Part shown: positions 51,290-64,000 of the stretch, in pieces
Position numbering within the stretch: the stretch's first letter is position 1
Layout of the letters: each line of letters starts with the position of its first letter
NCBI GenBank assembly: GCA_964016885.1
Contig: OZ024759.1
Span: forward strand, 22,382,001 to 22,446,000
DNA from: Eledone cirrhosa
Lineage: Eukaryota
DNA: 64,000 bases
Reading direction: 5' to 3'
Made by a program: the position numbers and the translations under genes
Notes under the pieces: model-generated
Databases searched by the model: none
What the model was told of the DNA's origin: nothing
The model's input: only the letters and a program-made list of their open reading frames with translations

Positions 51290-52630
51290 CAACACAATAA
51301 GATGTGAACTCCCCTCAAGCTATAGGGACTTCTCCAGCACATGTAGACACCTCTCGGCCAGACCCCCCTCAAGCTATATGGGCAGTAACAACACCATAGG
51401 TTGGGAACACCCCTCAAACCATAGGGACCAACCCAGGCTGAGCAAACACCATGATAGCCTAGAGATTGATTCTGACACAGCCTTTATAATTTGGCCAACA
51501 TCTTTATAACACACACACATTTTAATTTACTTGATTTTTCATTTTTCATTTTTGATTTCTCATTATTCATGTTATTTGTTTTCTGTTTTCTTCACTTTAT
51601 CACCTTATATTTATATTTAAGTTGAGACTGGTTATAACACACACACATTTTATTTGATTATCCTATTTTGTTTTATTCTTTTACCATCTTGTTCCTCCTA
51701 CCACTGTATCCAACATATTTCTGACCTTGAGATTGGTTATAGCACACACACATTTTATCTTATTTTATTTGAATCTTCATTTTTATTTTTCACTTCTAAT
51801 CTTCATTTTTCAATTTCCATATTCATTCTTCATTACTTTTTCATTAATTTTTCATTTATTCTCTATTTATTATTTATTTTCTGTTTTCTTCATTTCATTT
51901 CATTTTATTGCCTTCTATTTCTTCATATACATGGCAGAACCCCTCTGCCACCACCACCACCATCACGGGAGATGGTGGCTGGAGGGATGAAGAAACTCAC
52001 ACACAGATACTTCTAAATTGTCAGCAGCAGCAAGACATAAGCTGACCACAACACCAACAACACTACCAAAATAAGGGTAGAGGTCAGATGTACGTAACAA
52101 TAGCAAACACAAACACTACAGGGAGCCTCACCCCAGAAAGAATTTCTATAGACTTTGGACTGAGGAATGCTCTCAAAACTGACCAATGGGAACTTTGACC
52201 TTACAAATCTTTATAACATTGAGATGGGTATAACACACACACACATTTTATTCGATTATTTTATTTTATCTTGTTCCTTTACCATCTTATTCCTTCTACC
52301 ACTTTATCACCTTTTTTTTGAGCTGACTCCAACAACAACACCACTCCCAACATAAGAATAGAGGTCAGATGTACCTAACAATAACAAGAACAACAACTAC
52401 AGATTGGCTTGCCTCAGAACGAATTTCTGTAGACTTTTGACTGGAATGTTCTAACAACTGACCAATGAGAGGAGAAGAGGCCCTTTGACACTGAAATTCG
52501 TTTGTTTAAATTCATATGATTCCATTTCTTCAGTGAAATAACAACCCAACCAGGAACTGGGCATATCAGAGTACTGACAAAGTTATACACCTCAACAACA
52601 TGTGTACTTGTCTCTACCACACTAATTCGG

Positions 52631-52687
52631 ACTGCCTGAAGAGGTCACAGCCAAAGATGGCTGTCACCGAAATATATATATAGCAGT
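52631..52687 (+). ncRNA. Type I hammerhead ribozyme (PLE pLTR)
   Basis: Stem I actgc/gcagt; core CUGAAGA; stem II ggtcacagcc/ggctgtcacc; GAAA; (UA)n stem III ending in UA; followed by aataaa. Confidence 0.85.
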
Positions 52688-52733
52688 AATAAACGAAGCC
52701 AAATTTTAAACATTTGACTTATTTATTTTATTT

Positions 52734-52825
<92 letters not shown>

Positions 52826-53021
52826 TGAAGCAGGTGTGTTAAATACGAGTGTACATAAAACCAAACATTAACTGAATGACTACTCAGTGGATGAAATTGG
52901 TAACAATTCCATTGAGAGCTTTTTCTGATTATATATATAGATATATGTGTGTGTGAGTGCCAGATTCAATCAGGGGTAACCACAGCTAATAAGGTACTCA
53001 ATGCATTAGTAGTGTGAAAAC

Positions 53022-53222
53022 AACAAAATTTATTATAGAAATGGCTTCTACAGGACTAGAACTGTTTCATTCGAAGTAAATCATCAGGAAAAGCCTACTG
53101 AAAATCATGACCAGTAAACATATAAATACCACTGATTATAATGCAAATTGGCTTTTCCTGATGATTTCCTTCGAATGAAACTGTTCTAGTCCTGTAGAAG
53201 CCATTCGATACTAAATTTTGTT
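53022..53222. repeat. Inverted repeat of a hammerhead-like pLTR fragment with a spacer of about 50 bp
   Basis: ggcttttc-ctgatga-tttccttcgaat-gaaac-tgttcta-gtc on + and its inverse; same family and same left flank as 20742. Confidence 0.8.
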
Positions 53223-53310
53223 AAAGGCAAACAGAAATAACAAAGCAAATGACACAGTACAATGAAGAAATATAAAATTAGTTAGTTTTCACTTGATAAA
53301 GTAGGAATAG

Positions 53311-53349
53311 AGTCTTTACGTTTCGGACGCTAGTCCTTCATCAGAAAGA
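53311..53349 (-). ncRNA. Minimal hammerhead motif within PLE-like fragment 53225-53430
   Basis: Minus strand tcttt-ctgatga-a-ggac-tagc-gtcc-gaaac-gta-aaga. Confidence 0.7.
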
Positions 53350-53511
53350 AGAAATAGAAAGAATGAAGAGACAGGCAGTGGCAAAACGAAAAAAATTTTT
53401 TAGAGAAAAATAACAGGTCCAGTCACGTAGGAAAACTGTTGATGCCGGCATTTTGTGTAAGATATATTTATTTTAAAAGTGGTGATGGAGCGCATGTATA
53501 TACATACATAT

Positions 53512-53862
53512 GGAGGCACATGGCTTAGTGGTTAGAGCATTGGCCTTGCAATCGACAGGTTGTGAGTTCAATTCTCAGACCAGGTTATGTGTTGTGTCCT
53601 TGAGCAAGACACTTTATTTCACATTGCTCCAGTTTACTCAGCTGTAGAAATGAGATGATAGGGACTAGGGTCCCTATCATTCCACTGCAAAGTGGTCGTG
53701 GAGGTACCACAGCAAAAAAGCACCCAGCACTCACTGTAAATGAGGTTGGTGTTAGGAAGGGCATCCAGCTGTAGAAATCAAGCCAGAATCAGTTCCCGTC
53801 CCACCCTTGCAAGCAGGGAAAAGTGGACGTAAAATGATGATGATGATGATGAGATGATGATG
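53512..53862 (+). mobile_element. tRNA-derived SINE family 1
   Basis: Full head to (ATG)n tail. Confidence 0.93.
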
Positions 53863-53870
53863 ATACACAC

Positions 53871-53918
<48 letters not shown>

Positions 53919-54479
53919 AGATCCAAAGATGGTTAAAAGAGTTCCATGTATTTTATTATGCGCATTTCAAAAACAAATATCATCATGCAATAACATTTGC
54001 GTTTTCGTCAGATAAAATAGGGAGACATGATATGAAGGTTAAAAAACACTTGTGAATAGTGCAGTTTTAAATCAACATACTTTATTGTACTACAATAAAA
54101 CTCACCTCCTACATTATATATATATATACAATAATAATGAATGCAAGAGCTAGATTACCCAAATTCTCTTTATTACATAATTTAGTGTAATACGCATGTT
54201 TACGGTATCAGTCTTTATTTACCCAATGATTAAGAGATGCAAAGAGATAAGGTCCCGGACCTTATTTGGTTACCAAGTGGGGTGGAACTCATCAGATCAA
54301 ACCTAGGAAACATTTTTTCCATTGGTCTTTCTATTGCTGCTGCTGTCCACCGGCTGCAATTATTGGCATGACTTCTTCAGACAGCAGTTTAAGAAATGCA
54401 ATTATGTAATACATTTCTTAGGCAATGGGGTGTAGTGATACAGAGACGGAGTTGATTTTGATGTCACTATTTCAAAAAT

Positions 54480-55000
54480 CTGTTTTACTATGCATGCATG
54501 GAGTGGAACGGGTTTTTTTTCCTGCACAGTATCTCCCCGTTTGTAGTGGCCTTGCATCATCTATTCTGTGAGATTCAGCTATTTGAGATCAACTCTAACA
54601 TCACAACTTCCGCTTAAATTTTTCTTGCGCCCTTTCTGCTGCATCTTCTTTTTCACTAGGATTTTCACAGTTAATATCTATTTGAATCATATGACCATAC
54701 CAACGCAGTACCCTCTCATGCATACTATATCTGATTCCTCTTAACCTCAGCATATTCTCAGCTCATCCAAGTTTTGTTGTTCACGTACATTAACATTGCA
54801 CATCCTTCGCACATCACGCTCATTATATTTCCCTCCAGCCGTCGCTTATCCTCAGCATTTATTGCCCATATTTCTCTTCCATGAACCACTGCACATCGCA
54901 CAGGCAGGCATCACAGAGCCGGCCCATCGTTCGAAGAATGAAACCTTTTGTTATCAAAAGAGATAGTATGTCCCTTGAACTTTCTCCATCCTGTTCAAGA
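54480..55000 (-). pseudogene. Old degenerate RTE 3' fragment
   Basis: Minus strand TGWRKF...EDKRRLE...ERVLRWYGHMIQ. Confidence 0.75.
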
Positions 55001-55150
55001 CAAAAGTAAATGGGCATGCAGGGGAATCGAACCTGAGCCCCCCCCTCTCTCTCTCCCTCTCCCTCTCTCTCCCCCTCTATCTCCCCCCTCTCTCTCTCCC
55101 TCCCACTTCTCTCTCTTTCTCTCTCTCTCTCTCTATATATATATATAAAT

Positions 55151-55202
<52 letters not shown>

Positions 55203-55204
<2 letters not shown>

Positions 55205-55768
55205 GCAATAAAGATAGACGGTAGTCACGGAATAGGCAGACCTAGAAAAACCTGGGACGAGCTGATAAACTCCGACATCACACACTTACACCTCTCCAAG
55301 ACAATGTCACTGGACCGAGACCTTTGGCGGTACTCAGTAACAGAGAAGACCCGCCTTACCTAAATATATAGTAAAACCTACTCCAGCCAGTAGGCATCTC
55401 TAACAAAATACACCCCGTCCCACCACCACCACCCCCACCCCATCCACACCACCCCGTTCTATATAAAGTTATGTTGGTGCCGCGCCATCCAGGCCGAAAC
55501 AAATGAGATCGTGTAGGTGTCACGACAAAAAAACACACAGTCCACGCTGTAATGTGGCCGTGTAGGCAATACGGTAAAAACCTCCCAGTCCCACACTGTA
55601 AATGTGGTTGGTGTTAGGAAGGGCATCCAACTGTAGAAAACCTGCCAGACAGTCCTATGCGAGCAAGACAATCACTCTTGCCTCAAGTGGGACTACCCCC
55701 GTCCAAACCCATGCAAGCGTGGAACACGGACGTTAAACGTTGATGATGATGATGATGATGATGATGAT
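55203..55768 (+). mobile_element. RTE family C 3' fragment with complete tail
   Basis: GRPRKTWDELINSD...; reverse of 30004-30545. Confidence 0.88.
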
Positions 55769-55937
55769 ATATATAGGAAAAGAATCAGGACCCTGACGGC
55801 TGAGCTTCGGCTGTTTCGACAGCCAGATCCGAACTGGTGCATTATGGTCCACCTGGTTTCTTACCACACTTTCTTTGTTATATATATATATATATATGTC
55901 TTTCTCTCTGTATATATATATATATATATAAAATTGT

Positions 55938-56148
55938 GTCTCTATCTCTCCCCTCACTCTCTCCCCTCACTCTCTCTCCCTCACTCTCTCTCTCTCTCCC
56001 TCACTCTCTCTCTCTCTCCCTCACTCTCTCTCTCTCTCCCCCCTCACTCTCTCTCTCTCTCCCCCCTCACTCTCTCTCTCTCCCCCCTCACTCTCTCTCT
56101 CTCCCCCCTCACTCTCTCTCTCTCTCCCCCCTCACTCTCTCTCTCTCT

Positions 56149-56179
<31 letters not shown>

Positions 56180-56450
56180 CCCCCTCTCTCTCTCTCCCCT
56201 CTCACTCTCTCTCTCTCTCCCCTCACTCACTCTCTCTCTCTCTCCCCTCACTCACTCTCTCTCTCTCTCCCCTCACTCACTCTCTCTCTCTCTCCCCTCA
56301 CTCACTCTTTCTCTCTCCCCTCACTCTCTCTCTCGCCCCTCACTCTCTCTCTCTCCCCTCGCCCCTCACTCTCTCTCTCTCTCCCCTCTCTCCCCCCCCT
56401 CGCCCCCCTCTCTCCCCCCTCTCTATCCCCTCACCCCCCCCCCTCTCTCT
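55938..56450. repeat. (CT)n-rich polypyrimidine repeat
   Basis: Direct reading. Confidence 0.95.
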
Positions 56451-56799
56451 ATATATATATTATCTGTACATATACACACGCACACACATATATTGTGTTT
56501 GTGTGACGGTATATATGTATTTGGATTTCATATTCTATCTCAGAAAATGATAGAAATGTTCATGATAGACATATTTATAGCCACGGTGATGTATGTCTGC
56601 ATTTCATATGTTATCGAGAATATATCAATATGACCAAATACATTATTCCATGCAATATGACCTCACTGTCTCTCCAACTGATGCAGTTGTCATTGCTGTT
56701 GTTCTGTGTTTTTGATTTATTATATATGTATGCATCTCATAAATTGACCATGAGTGCATTATGGAAATTTAAAAAAACAAAAACCAGCAACTCATCCTC

Positions 56800-56839
<40 letters not shown>

Positions 56840-57074
56840 ATATATATATATATGTATATATATATGTATAAATATTTATATATGTATAAATATTTATATA
56901 TATATAAATATATATGTATATGTGTGTATATATATATATATATGTATATATATGTATAAATATTTATATATGTATTAATATTTATATATATATAAATATA
57001 TATGTATATGTATATATGTATGTATATATATATGTGTATATATGTATATATATATGTATATATGTATATATATG

Positions 57075-57165
<91 letters not shown>

Positions 57166-57206
57166 GTATATATATATGTATATATGTATATATATATGTA
57201 TATATA
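56800..57206. repeat. (TA)n microsatellite
   Basis: Direct reading. Confidence 0.95.
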
Positions 57207-59842
57207 CAGCGTGGACTGTGTGTTTTTTTTGTTGTGACACCTACACAACCTCATTTATTTAGGACTCGATGTTGTGGGACCAACATAACTTTACATCGAA
57301 AGGGATGGTGTGGATGGGGTGGGGGTAGTGGGACGGGGCTGTATTTTAGTAAGAGGTGCCTACTGACTGTAGGTTTCGCTTTGTACTTAGGCAAGGCGGG
57401 TCTTCTAAATTACTGCATAGCGCCAAAGATCTCGGTCCAGTGACATTGTCTTGGAGAGGTGTAAGTGTGTGAGGTCGGAATTTATCAAGTCGTCCCAGGT
57501 TTTTCTGGGTCTACCTACTCCGTGGCTACCGTCTATTTTGATCACCCTGCACTTTTTTTAACAGCTGTCATCTTTCATGCGCATCACGTGACCATACCAA
57601 CGTAGTCTTCTCTCGAGTAAACAGCATCTGATCCCTCTTATTCCTAATTTCTCACTTAGTTCATTTATGCTTTGCCGTTCACGTATATTACTATTACACA
57701 TCCAACGAAGCATGCAAGCTTCGTTCTTCTCCAGTCTGCGTAAATCCTCTGCACACAATGCCCAAGTCTCACTGCCATGTAACATTGCTGTTCGTATGCA
57801 GGCATCATACAGCCTGCCTTTCATTTTTAGAGAGAAACCTTTAGCACCCAATAGTGCTATAAGCTCTCTGAACTTTTTCCATCCTGTTCTGACTCTAGCT
57901 ACTGTACTTTCAGAGCACCCTCCACCACTGCTGATTTTGTCACCCAGGTAACGGAAGGTGTCCACAATTTCTATAGAACCATCTGTGCAATGGAATGAGC
58001 TAGTATTCCATGGGCACTTGCTGCTACTTATTGCACTTGAGCACCGGCCACATATAAAATCTATATTCTTAGTTAGCTTACCTGTGATCCCACTACATCT
58101 TTTATGCACCCATACTTTGCATTTGGGACATAAAATGGAGTTTCTGCCTACTCCTTTCCTACACACTGAGCATGGCCATTTCCCAGATGGGACCAGTGCC
58201 CTATTTTCCTTCCTACATACTAGAACTTTAGTCTTAGACAGGTTAATTTTAAGGCCTTTTGATTCTAGGCCATGCTTGCATGTTTGGAATTTCTTCTCTA
58301 GTTCAGCCATTGATTCAGCTATGAGCGTTAGATCATCTGCATATAGGAGTTCCCATGGGCAGCCGGTCTTGAACTCCTCTGTTATAGCCTGAAGGGCAAT
58401 AAAAAATAGGAGGGGGCTAAGGACGGAGCCCTGAAGAACACCAACTTTTACGCTAAACTCTTCACTATATTCGTTGTTAATTCTAACCTTGCTGACTGTT
58501 TCTTTATACATAGCTTGTATAGCTCTCACAAGCCATTCATCAACACCTAGTTTTCTAAGAGTCCACCGGATAATGGGGCGTGACATTCTGTCAAAGGCTT
58601 TTTCCAAGTCAACAAAAGCTAAATATAGGGGTTTACTTTTAGCTAGGTACTTCTCCTGTAGTTGTCGTACAATGAAAAAAGCGTTTGTGGTACTTTTACC
58701 TGACACAAACCTGAACTGCATTTCATCCAGATCAATTCGCTCTCTGATTAGTTGCACTATAACTCTTTCTGTGACCTTCATGACCTGGTCAATTAATTTA
58801 ATGCCTCTATATTTTCCCCTATCTAGGGCATCTCCTTTACCCTTGTAGCAGTTAATGATGATGCTGCTAAGCCAGTCCTTCGGTACAACCCCATTCTGTA
58901 TGACTTGGTTTACTATCCGGGTGACCATAGTGTGTCCCACCATTCCAGATGCTTTCAGCATTTTAGCAACTATTTCCGAAGGCCCAACCACCCTGCCCAT
59001 CTTCATATCTTTGATTGCCTTACTTATTATACTACCTTTAACTTGCACTGCTGGTCCCTCTATTGGATCGATGTGGGGGGAGACTGTCTTTCTCCCATTT
59101 ATTCTCCTCATTTAGTAGCCTTTCATAGTGACACTTCCAAGCTACCTTCTTATCAGCATCAGTGATGGCAAGTACACCATCATCATTAAGGACACACTTC
59201 TCCCCGATAATATCACGGTTTTCCTTGACACATTGCCTAGCAATCCTGAACACCTCACGTTTTTGGTCCTCGCGTTGTAGAACATGCTTGAACTTTCTTT
59301 CCTCTGCTTCCCTTCTTGCGAAGTACACTTGTCTCCTAGCTTCCCTCCTGGCCACTTGATAGTCTTCTTTACTTCCCCCATCTCGCCATACTTTCCAAGC
59401 CTGCTTTTTGCCCTTGATCGACTCCTCCACCTTACTGTTCCACCACCATGTTACTCTCCTCCTGCCTATTGGTCTGCTCCAGTCACAGATTTCATCTGTC
59501 GCCTTCAGCAGGTTAGCTTTCAGGAATTCCCACTGTTCCTCTATATTGTACGACTCTAATTGCTCTTCCTTACTGTCAAAAGCATCAAGTAATATGCTTT
59601 TAAATTTATTATTGGCTGTGGGGTCCTTTAGCTTCCATATTTTTCTCCTGTGGATAGTCCTCCTCTGTTGTCGAGTACGTCTTGTCCTGACTATGAGGCC
59701 GCTAACTATGACTCTATGTTGGGAGGTGCATTCTTCATGGGGGAGGGATTTAGTGTTTACAACAGACATTCTGTCACGTCTTCTGGTAAGGATATAATCT
59801 ATCTGACTGGCATGTTCCCCTGATCTATAGGGGATCAAGTGA
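57207..59842 (-). mobile_element. RTE family C LINE, truncated at both ends, frameshifted
   Basis: End of APE (SQIDYIL, QHR) in 59038-59838; RT with YADD and PHD insert in 57558-59111. Confidence 0.92.
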
Positions 59843-59859
59843 TTGTCTCATTTTATAAA

Positions 59860-61890
59860 GTTAATATATATCTCCGGGTAACAAGATCCGGTGGTGGAGA
59901 GAGAGATGTAAGTGGGTGTACGTTGAGATGTGTGGTGTGTAGAAGACTGTAGCGTGTAGAAGAATGTAAGAAAGAGCGTAAAGGATAAAAATAAAAATAA
60001 TAATACGAGATAGTTACCTTGGGAGAGATTTAATTGTCCCTATATATTTCGGATTCACACGTGTCAGTTGATTTCCCGGGTTTCCTGGAGAGGCATCTTC
60101 GCAGGGAGGGGCCCGAGTGGGCCAGGTGGATGTCGAGGCCCTCCCTCCGTATAACCTTGCAGATAGCGTTGTTGGTATTCTCACCCAGGTGTGGCATTTT
60201 AAGGAAGCGCTTGCCTTGGGTGCCTCTTCTGTCTGGTGTCTCCTACTCTGTCTGTGAGCGAGGTAGGGTACCCGTTCGTCTCCAGCACCTCGAGGAATCG
60301 CTTGGTATGAGTGACACCACTCGCGGGATCGCTGCATCTGTTTTTGATTCGTGAGATCTCGTTCGTGATGTATCCTCTTTTGTCACTGTTAGGGAGGGCG
60401 GACTTGTAGTGCACGAACAGGTCCCTGCAGGCTGCCTTTTGGTAGAAGTTGCAGTGGATCCCTCCCTGTTGCGTGATTCGGAAGTCGAGGAGGGCAAGTG
60501 ACCCGTCTTCGTTGGGGTGTTCAACACTGAAGTCAATGTTCTCGTCCGTGTTGTTGAACGTCTCATAGATTCTGTTCGCCATGTCTTGGGAAGATGTGAG
60601 GATGAGGATATCGTCCACGTACCTTGAGAAAAAGGCGACGGCATTGGGGTGGCAGGTGTTGAGTGCCTTGTGCGTGAGGCTGTCCATGTATGAGATCGCT
60701 AGCACACCCGACAGGCTTGAGCCCATGGGCAGTCCCGAGGTTTGCTGGTATGTTTGGTCAAGGAATCCGAAGTAGGTGTTGTCGACAATGATGGATAGGA
60801 GTTGGTGGATGTCAGTGGTGGTGAGCCCGAAGCAGTGTAGGTCGGTATATTAACGGCCGGGAGTGCCGGGACCGAGGTGTAGAGAGTGACTAAATCAAGG
60901 CTGAAGGCATATCTGTTATCCTTTCTGGTGTCGGGATCCATTAGATGCAGGCGCTTCAACACCTCCTCGGAGCTGTTAACGTGTCCCGGCAAGGTGTCTA
61001 AGATGGGTTTGAGTATTCTGGCTAGGAGCCATGAAATTTTGTAGAGCGGTCCTTCCACGCTCGATACAATGGGCCTGATCTTCAGGTCGGGTCCCTGTTT
61101 GTGTGTTTTCACGAGGTGGTAGAAGGCGGGTAGTCTGCTGTTCCTCGTGAGGAGGTTGTATCTCAGCTTCTTCGGGAGCTTCCGCCGGTCGCAGATGTTG
61201 GTCTAGGCGGCGTTGATGTGCTCCTCTTTCTGCGTGGGAGTGATTCCCGTGGCCTTGGAGTAGAGGTTGTCATCGTCAAGGTGTTGGAGGGCGAGGGTGT
61301 TGTAGGCCTCTCTGTTGATGACGCAGAATTCTTTTTCCTTTTCGGAGGGGAGGTAGATGAGATTCTTCGATTTTAGGTTGGATAGAGTGGTGAGTTGAGA
61401 TTTGGTGAGGTTGTGGGTGTGTGTGTGTGTTTGTGAAGTATATCCGAGATGTGAAGTATAGCCTGATGAGTTTAGTGTCAAGTTCGTGGTTGTTGGGTGG
61501 GGGGGTGGAGTGGGTTGTCGGGGTGGTAAGTAGGGAACTTCGCGTGGGTTGCGTGGGTGCTGTTATTTTCTGTGGTGCTGTTGATGGCGGTCACCCATTT
61601 AAGTTGGTAAGAGGCTCGACAAAAGTTGGCCTCGATGTCGAGTTTGAGTCTGTCGTCGAGTCGTTGTGAGATGATGAACTTGGGTTTGAGGTGTAGGAGT
61701 TTCAGCTCGTCGCTCATGAGAGTGCCGGTTAGGTCGGTGACCAGCTGCATCGCATCGTTGAGGTGTGGCTCGGTGTTGGTGGATGCGGCGGTGGCGGTTG
61801 TTACGTTGTTGGTTTCCACGTGGTTCTGGTCCATCTGTTCGTTAGTGTCGATGTTCTCATTGTGGAGTTTAGACAAGATCCACTCATATT
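59860..61890 (-). mobile_element. Penelope-like element, left arm of palindrome 2 (GIY-YIG deleted, hammerhead remnant at 60036-60070)
   Basis: RT motifs KTHK, RPIVS, SLDL..LYT, GLPMGS.LS, RYVDD, LLDF; sequence jumps near 60090 to ...gaatccgaaatatataggg. Confidence 0.88.
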
Positions 61891-61899
61891 TCCACTCAT

Positions 61900-64000
61900 A
61901 ATATGAGTGGATCTTGTCTAAACTCCACAATGAGAACAATCGACACTAACGAAGAGACGGACCAGAACCACGTGGAAAACAACAAAGTAACAACCGCCAC
62001 CGTCGCATCCACCAACACCGAGCCACACCTCAACGATGCAATGCACCTGGTCACCGACTTAACCGGCACTCTCACGAGCGACGAGCTGAAACTCCTACAC
62101 CTCGGACCCAAGTTCATTGTCTCACGACTCGACGACAGACTCAATCTTGACATCGAGGCCAACTTTTGTCGAGCCACTTACCAACTTAAATGGGTGACCG
62201 CCATCAACAACATCACAGAAAATAACAGCACCCACGCAACCCACCCCAAGTTCCCCACTTACCACCCCGACAACCCACTCCACCCATCAGCCACGAACTT
62301 GACACTAAACTCATCAGGCTAAAACACACCATCTCGGATATACTTCACAAACACACACACACACCCACAACACACAACCTCACCAAATCTCAACTCACCA
62401 CTCTCCAACCTAAAATCGAAGAACCTCATCTACCTCCCCTCCGACAAGGGAAAAGAATTCTGCGTCATCAGCAGAGAGGCCTACAACACCCTGGCCCTCC
62501 AACACCTTGACAATGACAACCTCTACTCCAAGGTCACGGGAATCACTCCCGCGCAGATAGAGGAGCACACCAAGGCCGCCTGGACCAACATCTGCGACCG
62601 GCGGAAGCTCCCGAAGAAGCTGAGATACAACCTCCTCACGAGGAACAGCAGACTACCCGCCTTCTACCACCTCGTGAAAACACACAAACAGGGACCCGAC
62701 CTGAAGATCAGGCCCATTGTATCGAGCGTGGAAGGACCGCTCTACAAAATTTCATGGCTCCTAGCCAGAATACTCAAACCCATCTTAGACACCTTGCCGG
62801 GACACGTTAACAGCTCCGAGGAGGTGTTGAAGCGCCTGCATCAAATGGATCCCAATACCAGAAAGGATAAGAGATATGCCTTCAGCCTTGATTTAGTCAC
62901 TCTCTACACCTTGGTCCCGGCACTCCCGGCCGTTAATATACCGACCTACACTGCTTCGGGCTCACCACCACTGACATCCACCAACTCCTATCCATCGTTG
63001 TCGACAACACCTTCGGATTCCTTGACCAAATATACCAGCAAACCTCAGGACTGCCCATGGGCTCAAGCCTGTCGGGTGTGCTAGCGATCTCATACATGTA
63101 CAGCCTCACGCACAAGGCACTCAACACCTGCCACCCCAATGCCGTCGCCTTTTTCTCAAGGTACGTGGATGGTATCCTCAGCCTCACATCTTCCCAAGAC
63201 ATGCCGAACAGAATCTATGAGACGTTCAACAACACGGACGAGAACATTGAATTCAGTGTTGAACACCCCAACGACGATGGGTCACTTGCCCTCCTCGACT
63301 TCCGAATCAACATCACGCAACAGGGAGGGATCCACTGCAACTTCTACCGAAAGGCAGCCTGCAGAGACCTGTTCGTCCCCTACAAGTCCGCCCTCCCTAA
63401 CAGTGACAAAAGAGGATACATCACGAACGAGATCGCGTGAATCAAAAACAGATGCAGCAATCCCGCGAGTGGTGTCACTCATACCAAGCGATTCCTCGAG
63501 GTGCTGGAGACGAACGGGTACCCTACCTCGCTCACAGACAGAGTAGGAGACACAAGAGACAGAGAGGCACCCAAGGCAAGTGCTTCCTTAAAATGCCACA
63601 CCTGGGCGAGAATACCAACAATGCTATCCGCAAGGCTATACGGAGGGAGGGCCTCGACATCCACCTGGCCCACTCGGGCCCCTCTCTGTGAAGATGCTTC
63701 AGAGAGTGCCCGATGCGCCATGCGAACTGTTGCCTACGCACATACGTCATGTATAAGATAGAATGTGACAAGTGCAACTAATACTATATAGGTTGCACAT
63801 CCGGATCAAGGAGCACACTAACACCAGGGCTTCGTCTTTCCGGAAACACATAGCCAAATGCGGGAACAAATACGGAAGGCCCATTGTCACAATTCTAGCG
63901 ACAGAAAGAAACGTTGGCACATTACGTATCAAGGAAGCACTTTGGATCAAACGCCTAGGGCCACAATTAAACAACCAATCCGAGAGAAGCGAAATGAGGT
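61900..64000 (+). mobile_element. Penelope-like element, right arm of palindrome 2 (RT plus GIY-YIG, degenerate, runs off the window)
   Basis: LGPKF, PSDKGKEFCV, KTHK, RPIVS, PMGSSLSG, RYVDG; VMYKIECDKCN*YYIGCT..RIKEH...IKEALWIKRLGPQLN. Confidence 0.9.

Larger units (their letters stand above)
50097..52738 (+). mobile_element. Penelope-like element 3' part (Naiad-like), right arm of palindrome 1
   Basis: Linker RKITWYNPPYS...FPRDHRYHKIFNRHTVKLSYS, GIY-YIG domain, long 3' UTR, hammerhead and AATAAA. Confidence 0.9.

Noticed and set aside
54245-54395. ctgatga and ctgaaga motifs on the minus strand as hammerheads
   Set aside because: GAAA and stem pairing are missing or too degenerate.
55837-56550. 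Ser/Leu/Pro-rich ORFs
   Set aside because: Translation of a (CT)n repeat.

Overview
Eukaryotic, AT-rich, gene-poor DNA made up almost entirely of repeats. The very long (TA)n/(TG)n/(CA)n tracts and the SINE/LINE repertoire resemble a coleoid cephalopod (Octopus-like) genome; this is an inference and cannot be verified here. No host protein-coding exon could be supported, and most ORFs in the track are microsatellite translations. Supported content: (1) RTE-clade LINEs of at least three related families, including one apparently intact full-length copy (ORF 9026-12094: APE endonuclease plus RT); all three families carry a PHD-type C4HC3 zinc finger inserted inside the RT. (2) Seven copies of a tRNA-derived SINE whose 3' tail is identical to that LINE's 3' end. 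(3) Penelope-like elements (PLEs), including two kilobase-scale head-to-head palindromes (centres near 50065 and 61895), three small head-to-head palindromes and several hammerhead-ribozyme motifs. (4) A TTAA/CCC piggyBac-type MITE family, a maT/mariner element with TIRs of about 200 bp, a non-autonomous Helitron, two R4/Dong-like fragments and several minisatellites (107, 84, 60, 48 and 29 bp units). The most striking pattern is the repeated 5'-to-5' fold-back architecture of hammerhead-bearing PLE sequences at sizes from 145 bp to 5.4 kb.
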